Below are positions 49,886-61,208 of a DNA stretch of 64,000 nucleotides, in pieces. The position numbers and the translations under genes are program-made. Origin of the DNA: Candidatus Hydrogenedentota bacterium (GTDB lineage Bacteria > Hydrogenedentota > Hydrogenedentia > Hydrogenedentales > SLHB01); NCBI GenBank assembly GCA_963745075.1, contig CAVUWV010000008.1, positions 224,001 to 288,000 of the forward strand, written 5' to 3'. Positions within the stretch are counted from its first letter, which is position 1. Each line of letters begins with the position of its first letter. The notes under the pieces are model-generated. The model saw nothing but the letters and a program-made list of their open reading frames with translations, was not told where the DNA came from and ran no database searches.

Positions 49886-50926
49886 ATGCAAGCTTGCGTG
49901 TTACATGCTATCGGTGACTTACGCCACGAGGAAGTGGCCAACCCGCGGCCGCGCGTGGGGGAAGTGCTGCTGCGCGTCGGCGCCTGCGGCGTCTGCGGCT
50001 CCGACATTCCGCGGGTGTTCACGAAGGGCACCTACAGCTTTCCCACCATCCCGGGCCATGAGCTGGCGGGCGTCGTCGTCGAAGCCGGGGCTAAGGTCGA
50101 CGAATCGATCGTCGGCAAGAACGCCGCCGTGTTTCCGCTCATCCCGTGCCGGAAATGTCCCATGTGCGAAATTGGCGAATACGCCCAGTGCTCGGATTAC
50201 GACTATCTGGGGTCACGATGCGACGGCGGGTTTGCGGAGTATGTGCGCGTGCCGGTGTGGAACCTCGTGTTCCTGCCCGACGGCGTCACCGTGGATGAGG
50301 CCGCTATGACCGAACCCGCGGCGGTCGCGCTCCACGCCTTGCGGCAGGCGAACGTCGATATCGGCGACCGTGTGCTCATCCTCGGCGCGGGCCCCGTCGG
50401 GTTGATGGCCGGCATGTGGGCGCAGGTTTGGGGCGCGGGCAAGGTGATGCTGGTCGACATCGATCCCCAGAAACTGGACTTCGCCAAAAGCCTCGGGTTC
50501 ACGGATGTGTGCAATTCCGGCGAAGACGATCTCGCCGCGTGGGTCAAAGATCTGACCGACGAAGGGGCCGACCTCGTCGTCGAAGCCTCCGGCAGCACCG
50601 TGGCGCTCGACCAATGCATGCTCACCGCGAAAGTATTCGGCAACGTGGTGCTCATGGGCAATCCAGTGGGCGACATGTGCCTCTCGCAACAGGGCTACTG
50701 GGCCATCCTGCGCAAACAACTGAAACTGCACGGCACCTGGAATTCGTCCTACAGCAAGGTCGCCCGCAGCGAATGGCAGCTTACCCTCGACTTCATGGCC
50801 TCCGGCAGACTCAACGTCAAACCTCTCATCACCCACCGCGTCGGCCTGGACGGACTCTTCGACCGCATGAAAGCCGTCCGCGACCGCACGGAATTCTCGA
50901 ACAAGGTGCTCTGCGTGAATCCGTAA
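49886..50926 (+). CDS. Zinc-dependent sugar-alcohol dehydrogenase (galactitol-1-phosphate dehydrogenase-like)
   Basis: CGVCGSD, GHE, CRKCPMC...C, GAGPVG. Confidence 0.9.
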   Translation: MQACVLHAIGDLRHEEVANPRPRVGEVLLRVGACGVCGSDIPRVFTKGTYSFPTIPGHELAGVVVEAGAKVDESIVGKNAAVFPLIPCRKCPMCEIGEYAQCSDYDYLGSRCDGGFAEYVRVPVWNLVFLPDGVTVDEAAMTEPAAVALHALRQANVDIGDRVLILGAGPVGLMAGMWAQVWGAGKVMLVDIDPQKLDFAKSLGFTDVCNSGEDDLAAWVKDLTDEGADLVVEASGSTVALDQCMLTAKVFGNVVLMGNPVGDMCLSQQGYWAILRKQLKLHGTWNSSYSKVARSEWQLTLDFMASGRLNVKPLITHRVGLDGLFDRMKAVRDRTEFSNKVLCVNP

Positions 50927-50988
50927 CGGTCACCGGGTTTATCACGTGGAGGTGCGACAACCGCCGGCATCGTCCCGCAGCACGCGTC

Positions 50989-52560
50989 TCAATCGTTGAG
51001 CCAGTTGTTCCACGCGGATACGACGAAGCGGAGTTTGCCCGCAATACCCGGGTCATTCTCGTTTTCGAAGGGGATCTGCATTGCTACCTTGCCGTCTTGA
51101 CGCACTTCGTAGTCGAGGGACCGATCCGGGAAATCCGGATCCTCGCCCTGGCTCTGCCAACGGTACGTGACCTTCCAAGCATCGTCCCCCGATTGCGGGG
51201 GAAAGATCTTGACGATCAAGACGCCCCAGTAGAGGTAGCCGCCCTCATAGTGTCCGTCGATCCAGAATCTTCTATCCACCTCGTAGTCCGGCACGCGCAC
51301 CCCCAGCGTCAACCCGTAGGAAAGCGACGTATCCTCGTCGGTCACGCGGGCACTGGCCGCCAAAAACACAGTCGAGAGATACACCTTTCGTTTGCTCGCG
51401 TCATCCGGGTCGGTCAATTCCAAATGCGTGCGGCACGCGACCGAATCTTCCTCGGCGACACGGCGCGTAAGATACCAGCGCATACCACGGGGCGCTGCCA
51501 GCAACTCAATCTGGTACAGCGCATCCACCGCCTTTCCCTGAATCGCCTGTGGCAACCGAACTTTGTCGATGTCCAGCCAGATGTCGGCCCGAACATCGCC
51601 GAACAGGAAACGCGTGAGGTTCTGGTAAGCCTCCTCGCTGTTCACGATGCCGAAATGGCCGGAGTGAGATCGGTACGCATAGGCGGTCGCACTCGGAACC
51701 GACACTTCCCCTTTGGCAGTGAAACCCCATACGGACGCGTTTTCGACGCGGACCAATCCGTCGCTGCCGTGTCCGGCAAAGGTCCTGGACAACCCCAGCG
51801 CAACTTCGTAATCCGCCCGGTTCGTGCCGACCATGCAGAAAAACCGATCTGACGGAAAGACCTCTTCCGGCAGCCAGTCGACGCGATGCGTGTCCTTAAA
51901 CCGGGATTCGAGCGCGAGGTACTTGGACATGTCCAGGCGATTAAAGTTGTCCATGTCCGCAAGGCCCAGCCATTGGGGAACGTTGATCCCCGCCATGTCG
52001 ATGCCGTTATGGGGTGTCGCATAGGTGAATACCTTGTCGACGCACCGACGGGCTTCGTCATCGCCACAGGCAGGATTCTGCAAGAAGGCGCGGCACACAA
52101 GCCCACCCATCGAATGTGCCACGAGATAGCACCGGAAATCTTCCGGAGTCGTTTTGTTTTCCTCACGGTCGCAGACCAGTTTGCGAACGCGGACGATTAA
52201 GTCGCTTAGATCGCTCGCGAATTTCGTAATCGGCGGCGTTTCTCCCTGCCCCAAGAGCAACGAAGCCTCATCGTAATATCGAAAGACAATGATGGATCGA
52301 CGCGCGATCGATCCTTCCCATCCCTCGTCCATGATATCGAGCCCATTCTCGTACACGTCGCAGTATTTGTAATCGGAAATGAGCCGCACCACGGGAGACT
52401 CGAAGATGAACTTCTTGGGCGGTTTCTTCTTCTCCGGAGTCGCGCGATATACGGTCGACCCCAAGTTGAAACCGCAAAACGGATCGGCGGCAGTTTCGTT
52501 CTGCTCTCCTTGGGTCATCGCATACCCACGGACATAGATGATCGGGAGACAACGGGCGGT
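50989..52560 (-). CDS. PGAP1-like alpha/beta hydrolase, 5' end abutting or truncated by the IS3 fragment
   Basis: PIIYVRGYAM, LVAHSMGGL nucleophile elbow, YATPHNG, SDGLV, SHSG. Confidence 0.8.
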   Translation of the reverse strand, partial: TARCLPIIYVRGYAMTQGEQNETAADPFCGFNLGSTVYRATPEKKKPPKKFIFESPVVRLISDYKYCDVYENGLDIMDEGWEGSIARRSIIVFRYYDEASLLLGQGETPPITKFASDLSDLIVRVRKLVCDREENKTTPEDFRCYLVAHSMGGLVCRAFLQNPACGDDEARRCVDKVFTYATPHNGIDMAGINVPQWLGLADMDNFNRLDMSKYLALESRFKDTHRVDWLPEEVFPSDRFFCMVGTNRADYEVALGLSRTFAGHGSDGLVRVENASVWGFTAKGEVSVPSATAYAYRSHSGHFGIVNSEEAYQNLTRFLFGDVRADIWLDIDKVRLPQAIQGKAVDALYQIELLAAPRGMRWYLTRRVAEEDSVACRTHLELTDPDDASKRKVYLSTVFLAASARVTDEDTSLSYGLTLGVRVPDYEVDRRFWIDGHYEGGYLYWGVLIVKIFPPQSGDDAWKVTYRWQSQGEDPDFPDRSLDYEVRQDGKVAMQIPFENENDPGIAGKLRFVVSAWNNWLND

Positions 52561-53600
52561 GAGTTCCTTTCGAGTTGATGGAGGAGCATGTCGCGCTAAA
52601 AAAGGAACTTGGGGAGCTCTGACGGGCGCCTGGGTTCCCCACGACACGCGAGATGCCCTGATGGATTTCGTGAACGGCTGGTCGGCGAAGACGGAGATCC
52701 CGGCGACCCGTTTCATTCGGCTGGATGGGCATCGGCTCGAGCAAGTTCTACGACTGGCGCAAGCGGTACGGCAAGGTGAACGAGCACAACGGCTGGATTC
52801 CGCGCGACTTCTGGCTCGAGCCTTGGGAACGGCAGGCGATCCTCGCCTACTTCTGACAAGCATCCGGACGAAGGCTACCGCCGGCTGACCTTCATGATGC
52901 TGGACGAGGACGTGGTGGCCGCCAGTCCGACGACCGTGTGGCGGGTCCTGCACCAAGCGGGCCTGCTGCGCCGCTGGAAGGAAAAGACCAAGAAAGGCAA
53001 GGGATTCCAACAGCCCTTGCAGCCCCATGAACATTGGCATGTCGACATCTCGTACATCAACATTTGCGGGACGTTCTATTACCTGTGCAGCGTCCTGGAC
53101 GGATGCAGCCGCTACATCGTCCACTGGGACATCCGCGGAGTCCATGACAGAGACCGACATCGAACTCATGTTGCAACGGGCCAAGGAACTGTAGCCCGAG
53201 GCGCGGACCCCGCATCATCACCGACAACGGCCCCCAGTTCATCGCCAAGGACTTCAAGGAGTTCATTCGCATCAGCGGCATGACCCACGTGAAGACCTCG
53301 CCCTTCTATCCCCAAAGCAACGGCAAGATCGAGCGGTGGCATCAATCCCTCAAACGCGAATGCATCCGTCCCGGAACGCCGCTCACGCTCGAGGACGCGC
53401 GGCGCTTGGTGGCCGGATACGTCGAGCACTACAACACCCGGCGCCTGCACAGCGCCATCGGCTACGTGACCCCCAAGGACAAACTCGAAGGAAGGGAACA
53501 AATGATCTTCGACGCACGCGACCGTAAACTCGAAGCCGCCCGCGAACGCCGGAAGGCGGCACGGGAACAGCGCCATGGTATACTGGCCAATGCCGGGTGA
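52561..53600 (+). mobile_element. Degraded IS3-family element (end of orfA plus frameshifted orfB DDE transposase)
   Basis: orfA tail ELMEEHVALKKELGEL* with A6G slippery site (52598-52604). orfB fragments WHVDISY, DNGPQF, PQSNGKIERW, YNTRRLHSAIGY. Internal stop and frameshifts. Ends not resolved. Confidence 0.9.
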
Positions 53601-54004
53601 AACGGAGGCCGGCTCTGCGGGAGCGCAACCGCGCCAAGGGATAGCCCGGCCGGGCTCATCGAGACGATGTGCCACACGGATGGGGCGAGCAATTGACGCC
53701 CCATCCCCATACAAAAACATCGGATCGATAGACCCGCTATCTTTGAATCGGTCATATTCCCCTCCGATGATTGCATCCCCTCGCCGTTTGTCATCATAGT
53801 GCACCAAAAGGGATTCTGTCGAGGAGCAATGCCATTGGCGTCTCACGAAGACCGATGGAACCCACGCCCGCAATCTTGCCCATCAACCCACTCCGTCTAT
53901 ATGATATGTAGACGGTTGGTTTGTTGGGGGGGACGAGGCGGATGCCGTCTCCCTGTGGTTCAATCCTGCGCACCGCTCGGAACGTGTGACCCTGATATCG
54001 CGAG

Positions 54005-54592
54005 GTGACTTTGACGAAAGAACTGCTACTCGTCGATTTTGAAAATGTACGGCAGGTGGAACTGTTGCGCCTGCGCGACGCCTGCAACGTCATCATCTTT
54101 CTTGGCGCGAACCAGAAGACCCTTCCCGTTGAACTGGTCACTGCGGCCCAACAGCTCGGCTCGCGTGTCCAGTGGCAGCAGATCGAGGGCAACGGCAACA
54201 ATGCGCTGGATTTCCACATCGCCTGTCATCTCGGCCGCATACTCGAAACGTCACCGCAGACCCGCTGCACCGTTCTCTCCAGAGATAAAGGCTTTGACCC
54301 GCTTCTTCGGCACTTGAACAAACTGGGTCTCAAGTGCAAGCGGATCAACAGTCAGATGGAACTCGATCCGAAGCATGCACCCGCAATCGATTCAAACTAC
54401 AAGCGGGTAATTGAACTGCTTCGGAAATCCGACAAGAACAGACTCCCTCGAAAGCGCAAGACCTTGTCACAACACATCTCGTCCATGTTTCAGAAGAGGA
54501 TCGCGCAAGAGGACGTCGATCGCATCATCGACACGCTGTTCGCAAACGAAATGATCTCAGAGACGAACGGAATCGTTTCTTACGGATTTTGA
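54005..54592 (+). CDS. PIN-like (NYN/PIN7-type) domain protein
   Basis: LLVDFENV, GNGNNALDFHIA, SRDKGFDPL, and a C-terminal helical domain (PRKRKTL). Confidence 0.85.
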   Translation: MTLTKELLLVDFENVRQVELLRLRDACNVIIFLGANQKTLPVELVTAAQQLGSRVQWQQIEGNGNNALDFHIACHLGRILETSPQTRCTVLSRDKGFDPLLRHLNKLGLKCKRINSQMELDPKHAPAIDSNYKRVIELLRKSDKNRLPRKRKTLSQHISSMFQKRIAQEDVDRIIDTLFANEMISETNGIVSYGF

Positions 54593-54898
54593 GCACCCGC
54601 GACGGCACCCCTTGCCGTGAGCATTTCGTGTTTCGGCAGATCCTGAAGCTGGCAAAAGCGTCGATATGTCCAACGGCTTCGTTCGGCAACGACGTCGCCG
54701 TGGCATTGCGCAGGTTGAAGGTCGGCGACAAGTCGCCTTGCTTCGCGTCGGCTAACCCGGGGCTATGAATATCGAGGCCTTTCAAGCCACCGAACCGCGT
54801 ATGTCCGTGGAGTGCGCATCTGTAGAACGCGCGTCCGGAGAATCTGCGTCATCCGTGGAGCGCGCATCTGCCAAATCCACGTCATCCGCGTTCCATTG

Positions 54899-56314
54899 TT
54901 ACTCTTGCTTCGCGGCCCAGGTGGCGGCTTGCGCGACGAGACGTTGGTAGTTGGGGTTGGTAAACTCTTCCGGGCCGTGGCCGAGTTGGATGTAGCACAC
55001 GTTGGCGTTGCCGTGACGCCGGACCCAGCAGATGGCCGGTTCACTGGTCGGCTCGTCGGTCGTCAACAGAATGCGGTTGTTGTCGAAGACGTCGTAGTTG
55101 TTGTAGGTCTCGTCGTGCACGACAAAATCCTGCAATCCCCGTGTGACGGGATGCTGACTGTCCGCGACGTGAACGGTGAAATCGACACCGTGTTTGTAGA
55201 TCGACTTCGTGTGTTCCGGCGTATCTTCGAGGTAATACTTCGCGCCGATGATGTCCGAATATTCCGGCCAACCCGAGAACGCCGCCACCGCGTGATGCAA
55301 CACAACGAACCCCACGCCGTCATCGAGTAACTTGAGAAAATTTGCCTGCCGCGCTTCGGAAATTTGCTGCGTCATGTTGTAGAGGACGACGACGTTGTAC
55401 GGGAAGTCCGTCACGTTGTCGAAGATTTCGCTGTCGTCTTTCTGTTCGAGGATGGTGTACGTCGCGCCCTGGTGCGACGCGAAGATCTGCGGGAAGACGG
55501 CTTCGTCAAAGCCGTGTCCGCCCACGATGACCGCCGCGTTCACCTTCGGCGCTGGCCACGGGTCCGCGATCGGGATCGTCACCGCGCCGGTTGCCGCCCA
55601 CTCCGTACCGCGCAGCATGAGCGTCTGGAAACCGGGGTTGCCCATGGCCTCCGTGTTGTGCCCGAGGATGTTGTAAAAACACCGGCCGTCGCCGAATTGG
55701 GTCGTCACGGCGATGGGTTCAAATTCACCTGTGCCATTTTGATCTTTGGCGGAGAATGCCGACGCCACCACGTGCATGGACGGGTGTGGGGTCAGCCGGT
55801 GGTACAGCTCATCCGGCCCCGCAATAAAGGGTGGCATCCCCTTCGCGATCGGATGCTCGGGGTCGTCGATGAATACCTCGAACTTGTGAAACTTGCCGTG
55901 GCCCGAGTCGTCACCCCAGGTGCAACCGGCCATCTCCTGGAACTCGGGCCAGTCCGAGAAGCACGCCGTCGCCGCGTGCAGCAAGACGAATCCCTTGCCG
56001 CCGCGCACGAAGTCGAGAATCGCGCCCTCCGCGGGCCCCCACTGCCGGCCCGTCATGTCGGGATACGCGCTCCAGTTGTCGACGAGCACATCGTACGGCT
56101 TTAATGTCTCGGCCGTTAGCGACGCGGGGTCGTTCGTAACGTCCACCACGAACCGGCCGCTGGTTTCGTACATGTCTTTCAGGAACGGCGTGGTCTCTTG
56201 CCAGTTGTGGTTGTTTTGTCCGGACAGGATCAACACGCGCAACGGTTCCGCCGCGTTGCCCTGTACGGCCGCGCCCAGTCCCAGCAACATCGATGTGATA
56301 AGCATAAATCGCAT
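54899..56314 (-). CDS. Secreted protein with two ThuA-like domains
   Basis: LSGQNNHNW, GKGFVLLHAA, HPIAKG, DELY, GRCFYNILGH; second domain GGHGF, LHHA, HDETY, QLGHG. Confidence 0.88.
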   Translation of the reverse strand: MRFMLITSMLLGLGAAVQGNAAEPLRVLILSGQNNHNWQETTPFLKDMYETSGRFVVDVTNDPASLTAETLKPYDVLVDNWSAYPDMTGRQWGPAEGAILDFVRGGKGFVLLHAATACFSDWPEFQEMAGCTWGDDSGHGKFHKFEVFIDDPEHPIAKGMPPFIAGPDELYHRLTPHPSMHVVASAFSAKDQNGTGEFEPIAVTTQFGDGRCFYNILGHNTEAMGNPGFQTLMLRGTEWAATGAVTIPIADPWPAPKVNAAVIVGGHGFDEAVFPQIFASHQGATYTILEQKDDSEIFDNVTDFPYNVVVLYNMTQQISEARQANFLKLLDDGVGFVVLHHAVAAFSGWPEYSDIIGAKYYLEDTPEHTKSIYKHGVDFTVHVADSQHPVTRGLQDFVVHDETYNNYDVFDNNRILLTTDEPTSEPAICWVRRHGNANVCYIQLGHGPEEFTNPNYQRLVAQAATWAAKQE

Positions 56315-56422
56315 GACTCCCCCTTCGGTTGCGCCGGTAAGCCTACCGCAACGGCTCACCCCTCCATCAAATCATGGAACGATCCGAAAAGCAACTGGGT
56401 CTTCGTACGTGCGCGGGTTGCG

Positions 56423-57445
56423 CTACAAAATCAACATCACGTCGCCGTAGGAGTAGAACCGGAACTTCTCGCGAATGGCGTATTGGTAGGCTTCCCGGGT
56501 GAGGTCGGTCCCGGCAAAGGCGTAGACGAGGGCAAGCAGGCTGGATTTCGGCAAATGAAAATTCGTCTGGAGCACGTCCACGGCGCGGAATTCGTACGGT
56601 GGGTATATGTAGAGCCCCGTCGCGCCGGAACCGGGCTGGAACGCGCCGTGCCGGTATTGGAATTCCAGCACGCGGGTGGAGGTCGTGCCTACGGAAACGA
56701 CGCGGCCGCCGTTCTCGCGGGTGGCATTCAGCGTTTGGGCGGTTATGTCGGGCAGGTTGAACTCTTCGGGATCGATCCGGTGGGCCTCGACGCGATTGCC
56801 GCGAATGGGACTGAACGTGCCGTACCCCACGTGCAGCGTGAGCGTCGCGCGCTGCACGTCCCGTGCTTCCAGATCCGCAAACACGTCTTCGGTAAAATGA
56901 AGTCCTGCCGTCGGCGCGGCCACGGCACCGGGAGACTGCGCGTACACGGTCTGGTACCGCGTCAGGTCGGACGGTTCGGAACTCTTACGATGAATGTACG
57001 GCGGTAACGGCACTTCGCCGCACGCTTCCAACACCTGCAACACGTCGGGCCGGTCGAACGTCACCCGGCGGCGTCCTTCCGGCAGCACGTCCCCCACCGT
57101 CGCCGCGATACCGGCCGCGAGATCCACGCGCGTGCCCGGCGCGACCTTCGCCGACGGCCGCACCAGCGCGTCCCATTCACCCGGCGCGTGTTCGTGCAAC
57201 AGAAATATTTCGACCCGGCCGCCCGTGTGTTTTTGCCCGTGCAGCCGCGCGCGAATCACTTTCGTCTCATTCAATACGAGGCAATCGTCCGCGCGCAGGT
57301 ACGCGCCCACATTGCGAAAGACGTCTTCCCGGATCGCGCCGGTGGCACGGTCCACCACCAGCAGACGCGATTCATCCCGCTTCTCGCAGGGGTGCTGCGC
57401 GACCAACGCTTCGGGGAGTGTATAGTCCAGCTCGGCAATATCCAT
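56423..57445 (-). CDS. queA: S-adenosylmethionine:tRNA ribosyltransferase-isomerase
   Basis: DYTLPEALVAQ, PLPPYI, YQTVYA, AAPTAGLHF, VGTTSTR, TNFHLPKS, FYSYGD. Confidence 0.97.
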   Translation of the reverse strand: MDIAELDYTLPEALVAQHPCEKRDESRLLVVDRATGAIREDVFRNVGAYLRADDCLVLNETKVIRARLHGQKHTGGRVEIFLLHEHAPGEWDALVRPSAKVAPGTRVDLAAGIAATVGDVLPEGRRRVTFDRPDVLQVLEACGEVPLPPYIHRKSSEPSDLTRYQTVYAQSPGAVAAPTAGLHFTEDVFADLEARDVQRATLTLHVGYGTFSPIRGNRVEAHRIDPEEFNLPDITAQTLNATRENGGRVVSVGTTSTRVLEFQYRHGAFQPGSGATGLYIYPPYEFRAVDVLQTNFHLPKSSLLALVYAFAGTDLTREAYQYAIREKFRFYSYGDVMLIL

Positions 57446-57625
57446 CGCGCGCAACAATAGCAAGAGATCGGGATCGCAGACAACGCGCGGTCCGTGGTAT
57501 CCGTCGTCTACAGGACCGTGCACCTGCCCGGTTGTAAACGTGTTCGTAATCGTAATCGAGGCTCTTGCTCCCACACACACGGGGGCAAGAGCCTCATTTC
57601 ACATTCGATCCAATCCGTTACGCCA

Positions 57626-58786
57626 TCACTCGCACAACTCGAACACGCCGGCTCCGCCCATGCCGCCGCCGATGCACATGGTGACGAGGCCGTATTTCTC
57701 ACCGCGCTTTTGCATTTCATCGATGATCTGCACGGAGAGTTTCGCGCCGGTGCAGCCGAGGGGATGCCCCAATGCAATGGCGCCGCCGTTAACGTTGACC
57801 TTCTTGGGGTCGAGTTTGAGTTCGCGCGTCACGTAAATCGCCACGCACGCGAAGGCTTCATTGATCTCGATGAGCCCCACATCCTCCAGTTTAATGCCGG
57901 CGAGTTCGCAGGCTTTCGGGATCGCGACAAGCTGCGCCGGACCGAGGTATTTCGGACTGGCTGCGGCAATGTTGTAACCGCGGAACTTTGCCAGCGGTTT
58001 TGCGCCGGTTTCCTTCACGGCCTTTTCGCTCATCAGCACCAACGCGGCCGCGCCGTCGCTCATCTGACTCGAATTGCCCGCCGTGTGGAACCCGAGTTTG
58101 GGCGACGCGGCAAAAGCCGGTCTTAACGCCGCCAAACCTTCCAACGTCGTGTCGCGGCGCGGACCCTCGTCCATGTCGAAGGTAATGGACTGTCCGTTGA
58201 CCGGCACTTCCAGCGGCACGATCTGATCCTTGAACTTCCCGGCGTCGATCGCGGCCACGGCTTTCTGGTTACTTTCGAGCGCACATTGGTCCAGTTCCTC
58301 GCGCGAAATCTTGAATTCGCGCGCCACGTTGTCGCCCGCGTTGCCCATGGCGATGTAAATCTCGGGATAGTTCTTCGTGAGGTACGGATTCGGCGCAACC
58401 CGCGCACCCGGCATGGGCACCTGACTCATCGATTCGGTGCCGCCCGCGACCGCGATGTCGAAGAACCCCGCCTCGATCTTGGCCGCCGCGATCGACATGG
58501 ATTCCATGCCCGACGAACAAAACCGGTTGATGGTCATGGCGCTGACAGTGTCCGGCATCCCTGCACGCAACGACGCGATGCGCGCCACGTTCATGCCTTG
58601 GGACTGCTCCGGCATCGCGCACCCGATGACCACGTCCTGCACCTGTTCGGGGTTGATGCCCGCCCGTTCGACGGCCGCTTTGATCGATTCCGCCGCCATG
58701 TCGTCGGGACGATAATTGACCAGGGTGCCCCGTTTCGCTTTACCGATGGCCGTGCGCGCACCCGAGACTACGTAGACGTTCTCCAT
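57626..58786 (-). CDS. fadA: Acetyl-CoA C-acyltransferase (thiolase)
   Basis: NRFCSSG, TAGNSSQMSDGA, NEAFA, GHPLGCTG, CIGGGMG. Confidence 0.95.
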   Translation of the reverse strand: MENVYVVSGARTAIGKAKRGTLVNYRPDDMAAESIKAAVERAGINPEQVQDVVIGCAMPEQSQGMNVARIASLRAGMPDTVSAMTINRFCSSGMESMSIAAAKIEAGFFDIAVAGGTESMSQVPMPGARVAPNPYLTKNYPEIYIAMGNAGDNVAREFKISREELDQCALESNQKAVAAIDAGKFKDQIVPLEVPVNGQSITFDMDEGPRRDTTLEGLAALRPAFAASPKLGFHTAGNSSQMSDGAAALVLMSEKAVKETGAKPLAKFRGYNIAAASPKYLGPAQLVAIPKACELAGIKLEDVGLIEINEAFACVAIYVTRELKLDPKKVNVNGGAIALGHPLGCTGAKLSVQIIDEMQKRGEKYGLVTMCIGGGMGGAGVFELCE

Positions 58787-58806
58787 GATTCCTGTCCTCC
58801 TGCGAA

Positions 58807-61208
58807 TCAGTTACGCAACGGCTTACCGGTGGTAAGCATGTGTTGAATGCGTTGCTGGGTCTTTTCCGTGCCGACAAGGCTGACGAAGGCCTCCCGTTCG
58901 AGGTCGAGCACGTCTTGTTCGGTCATCTTGGTTCCGGGCAAGCGGTCGCCGCCGGTGAGGATGTTCGCAATCTTCTCGCTGATCAGCACGTCGTGCTCGG
59001 ACGCGTACCCGCTGAGCTGGAAACTGTACAGCGCCATCCGGAACGTGGCGCGCGCCTGCTCGCCGAGGGCGGTTAACGTCGCCGGCATGGGCGGCCGATA
59101 GCCCGCTTTGGCTAGACCGAGGCAGACCGCCTTGGCGCGGCTGATCTGTTGGTCGAAACTCGGTTCGACCGGGCAGTCGGGCGTGAGGTAGCCGAACTCG
59201 ATGTATTCCATGCCGCTCGTGCTGACTTTCGCCATGCCGATGTCTTCAAAGGCGCGCCGCACGTAGGGGAACGGATCGCCTTCGGGCACGGTATCCGGCA
59301 CGTAAGCCAGCGCGCGCCGCAGCATTTCCTTGCACCCGCCGCCGCCGGGGATCAGGCCCACGCCGACCTCCACGAGTCCGCCGTAGGTTTCGCCCGCGAT
59401 GACGCACCGGGCGGTGTGCTGGCAGATCTCCGTGCCGCCGCCCAGCGTGTAGTGGTGCGGCGCCGCGACGATGGGCCGTTTGCAGAACCGGATCGCCTGA
59501 TTGCCTTGTTGGAACGCATTCACCGCGTCTTCGACCGCTTTCCAGTTTTCCTGCATCGCTTCGCCGAGTATCACGAAAATGTTCGCGCCCGCGCAGAAGT
59601 GGTCGGCCTGGTTGCCGATGACCATGCCCTCGAATTTCCCTTCGTTCAGCATGGTCACCGCGTCATTTAACATCTGGCCCATGTCGTTGTCGATGGCGTT
59701 CATCTTCGTGTGGAACTCGGCGCAGATGATCCCGTCGCCGATATCGACAAGGCTGCAACTGTCGTTCTCCTTGACGACTTTCTTCGCATCCTTTCGCGCT
59801 GGCGATGGAAATGATGTTCGGATTCTGCGGCACGGGCTTGTACGCCTTGCTCGCCAAATCGAAATACAGCGGCGTACCCTTCTCGGTCTTGTAGAAGGAG
59901 TCGAGGCCCGCGTCGAGCAGCGCCTTCGCGATGGGCGGCAGGGTGAGGCCGTCCTTTTCCATCCGGTCGCAAACGTACTTCACGCCGAGGAGGTCCCACG
60001 TTTCAAAGATGCCGACTTCCCACGCGAACCCCCATTTCACCGCGTTGTCGATGTTGACGATGTCGTCCGCGATCTCGGGGATGCGGTTGCCGGCGTAGAT
60101 GGCCGTGTTGGCGAAGGATTTCCACGCGAACTGCGCGCCCTTGTCTTCGCCCTTGTACATAATCTCGAGCTTTTGCTCGATGGACTCCGCGTTGCGGACT
60201 GCGCCGGTGCACTCGAAGCGCGGCTTGATCGGGTCGCGATACTCCAGCGTCTCCAGGTCGAGCCCGAGGATGATGCGCTTGCCCTTTTCGTCGCGCTCCT
60301 TCGTCGCCTTGTAGAAGCCGGAACCGGATTTGGAACCCAGCAGGCCCTTGTCGACCATCTTCTGAAGCCAGTCCGGCACGTTCATCACGTCTTGCCGTTC
60401 GTCGTCGGGACAGTTGTTCGCCACGTTGCCCAGCACGTGCACGTAGGTGTCGATACCCACCAGGTCGAAGGTGCGGAACGTTGCCGAGGACGCGTGCCCC
60501 ACGGCAGGGCCGGTCAAGCGCGTCGACCTCCTCGACCGAAAGCCCGTCTTTCGTCATCTCGTGGATGATGTACTGGCACGCAAAGGTCAGGATGCGGTTG
60601 GCGATGAAGTTCGGCGTGTCCTTGGCATACACCACGCCCTTGCCTAACACGTTCTCCATGAAGTCCGCCATGAAGGCAATCGCCTCGGGATCGGTCCCCG
60701 TGTGGGGGATAATCTCGATGAGTTTCAGGTAACGCGGCGGGTTGAAGAAGTGCGTCCCGAAGAAGTTGCGGCGCATGTCCTCGTCCATCACGTCAGTCAT
60801 GGAGGCAATCGGAATGCCGCTCGTGTTGCTGGTGACAATCGTGCCGGGCTTGCGGTGTTTCGCCACCTGCTCGTAAATCTTCTTCTTGATCGAAAGGTCT
60901 TCCTTGACGACCTCGATGATCCAGTCGCAATCCGCGATCTTCGCCATGTCGTCCTCGAAGTTGCCGATCTCGATCATGTCGAGCACCTTCTTCGAGTACA
61001 GGGGCGACGGACGGGCCTTGAGCATGGCTTGCTTACTGCTCTCGGCGAATGCGTTCCGCTTCTTCGGATCCTTCTTGTCGGCCCCCGAAAGGTTTGGCGG
61101 GACGATGTCGAGCATGAGGCTGGGGATGCCGCAGTTGCCGCAGTGCGCCGCGATGGCGCCCCCCATGACCCCGGAACCCAATACAGCGACGCGAGTAATC
61201 TCTCTCAT
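58807..61208 (-). CDS. fadN: 3-hydroxyacyl-CoA dehydrogenase/enoyl-CoA hydratase (FadN-like), split by two frameshifts (~60520, ~59790)
   Basis: VLGSGVMG, SNTSG, HFFNPPRY, KDTPNFIANRI; DLVGID, KWGFAWE; LGGGTE, GLVEVGVGLIPGGGG, GKPLRN. Confidence 0.92.

Noticed and set aside
52561..53184. N-terminal ~200 aa of the 731-aa ORF
   Set aside because: It is antisense read-through of the IS3 sequence, not part of the hydrolase.
56423..57445. Functional link between queA and the tRNA-Asn locus
   Set aside because: tRNA-Asn(GUU) is a queuosine substrate, but the genes are 16 kb apart with unrelated genes between them.
58807..61208. Programmed frameshifting or true pseudogenisation of fadN and other split genes
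   Set aside because: Single-base indels are scattered through many unrelated genes (sigma extension, DUF2961, mazF, phosphoesterase, DUF1559), which is most simply explained by sequencing error. This cannot be settled without reads.
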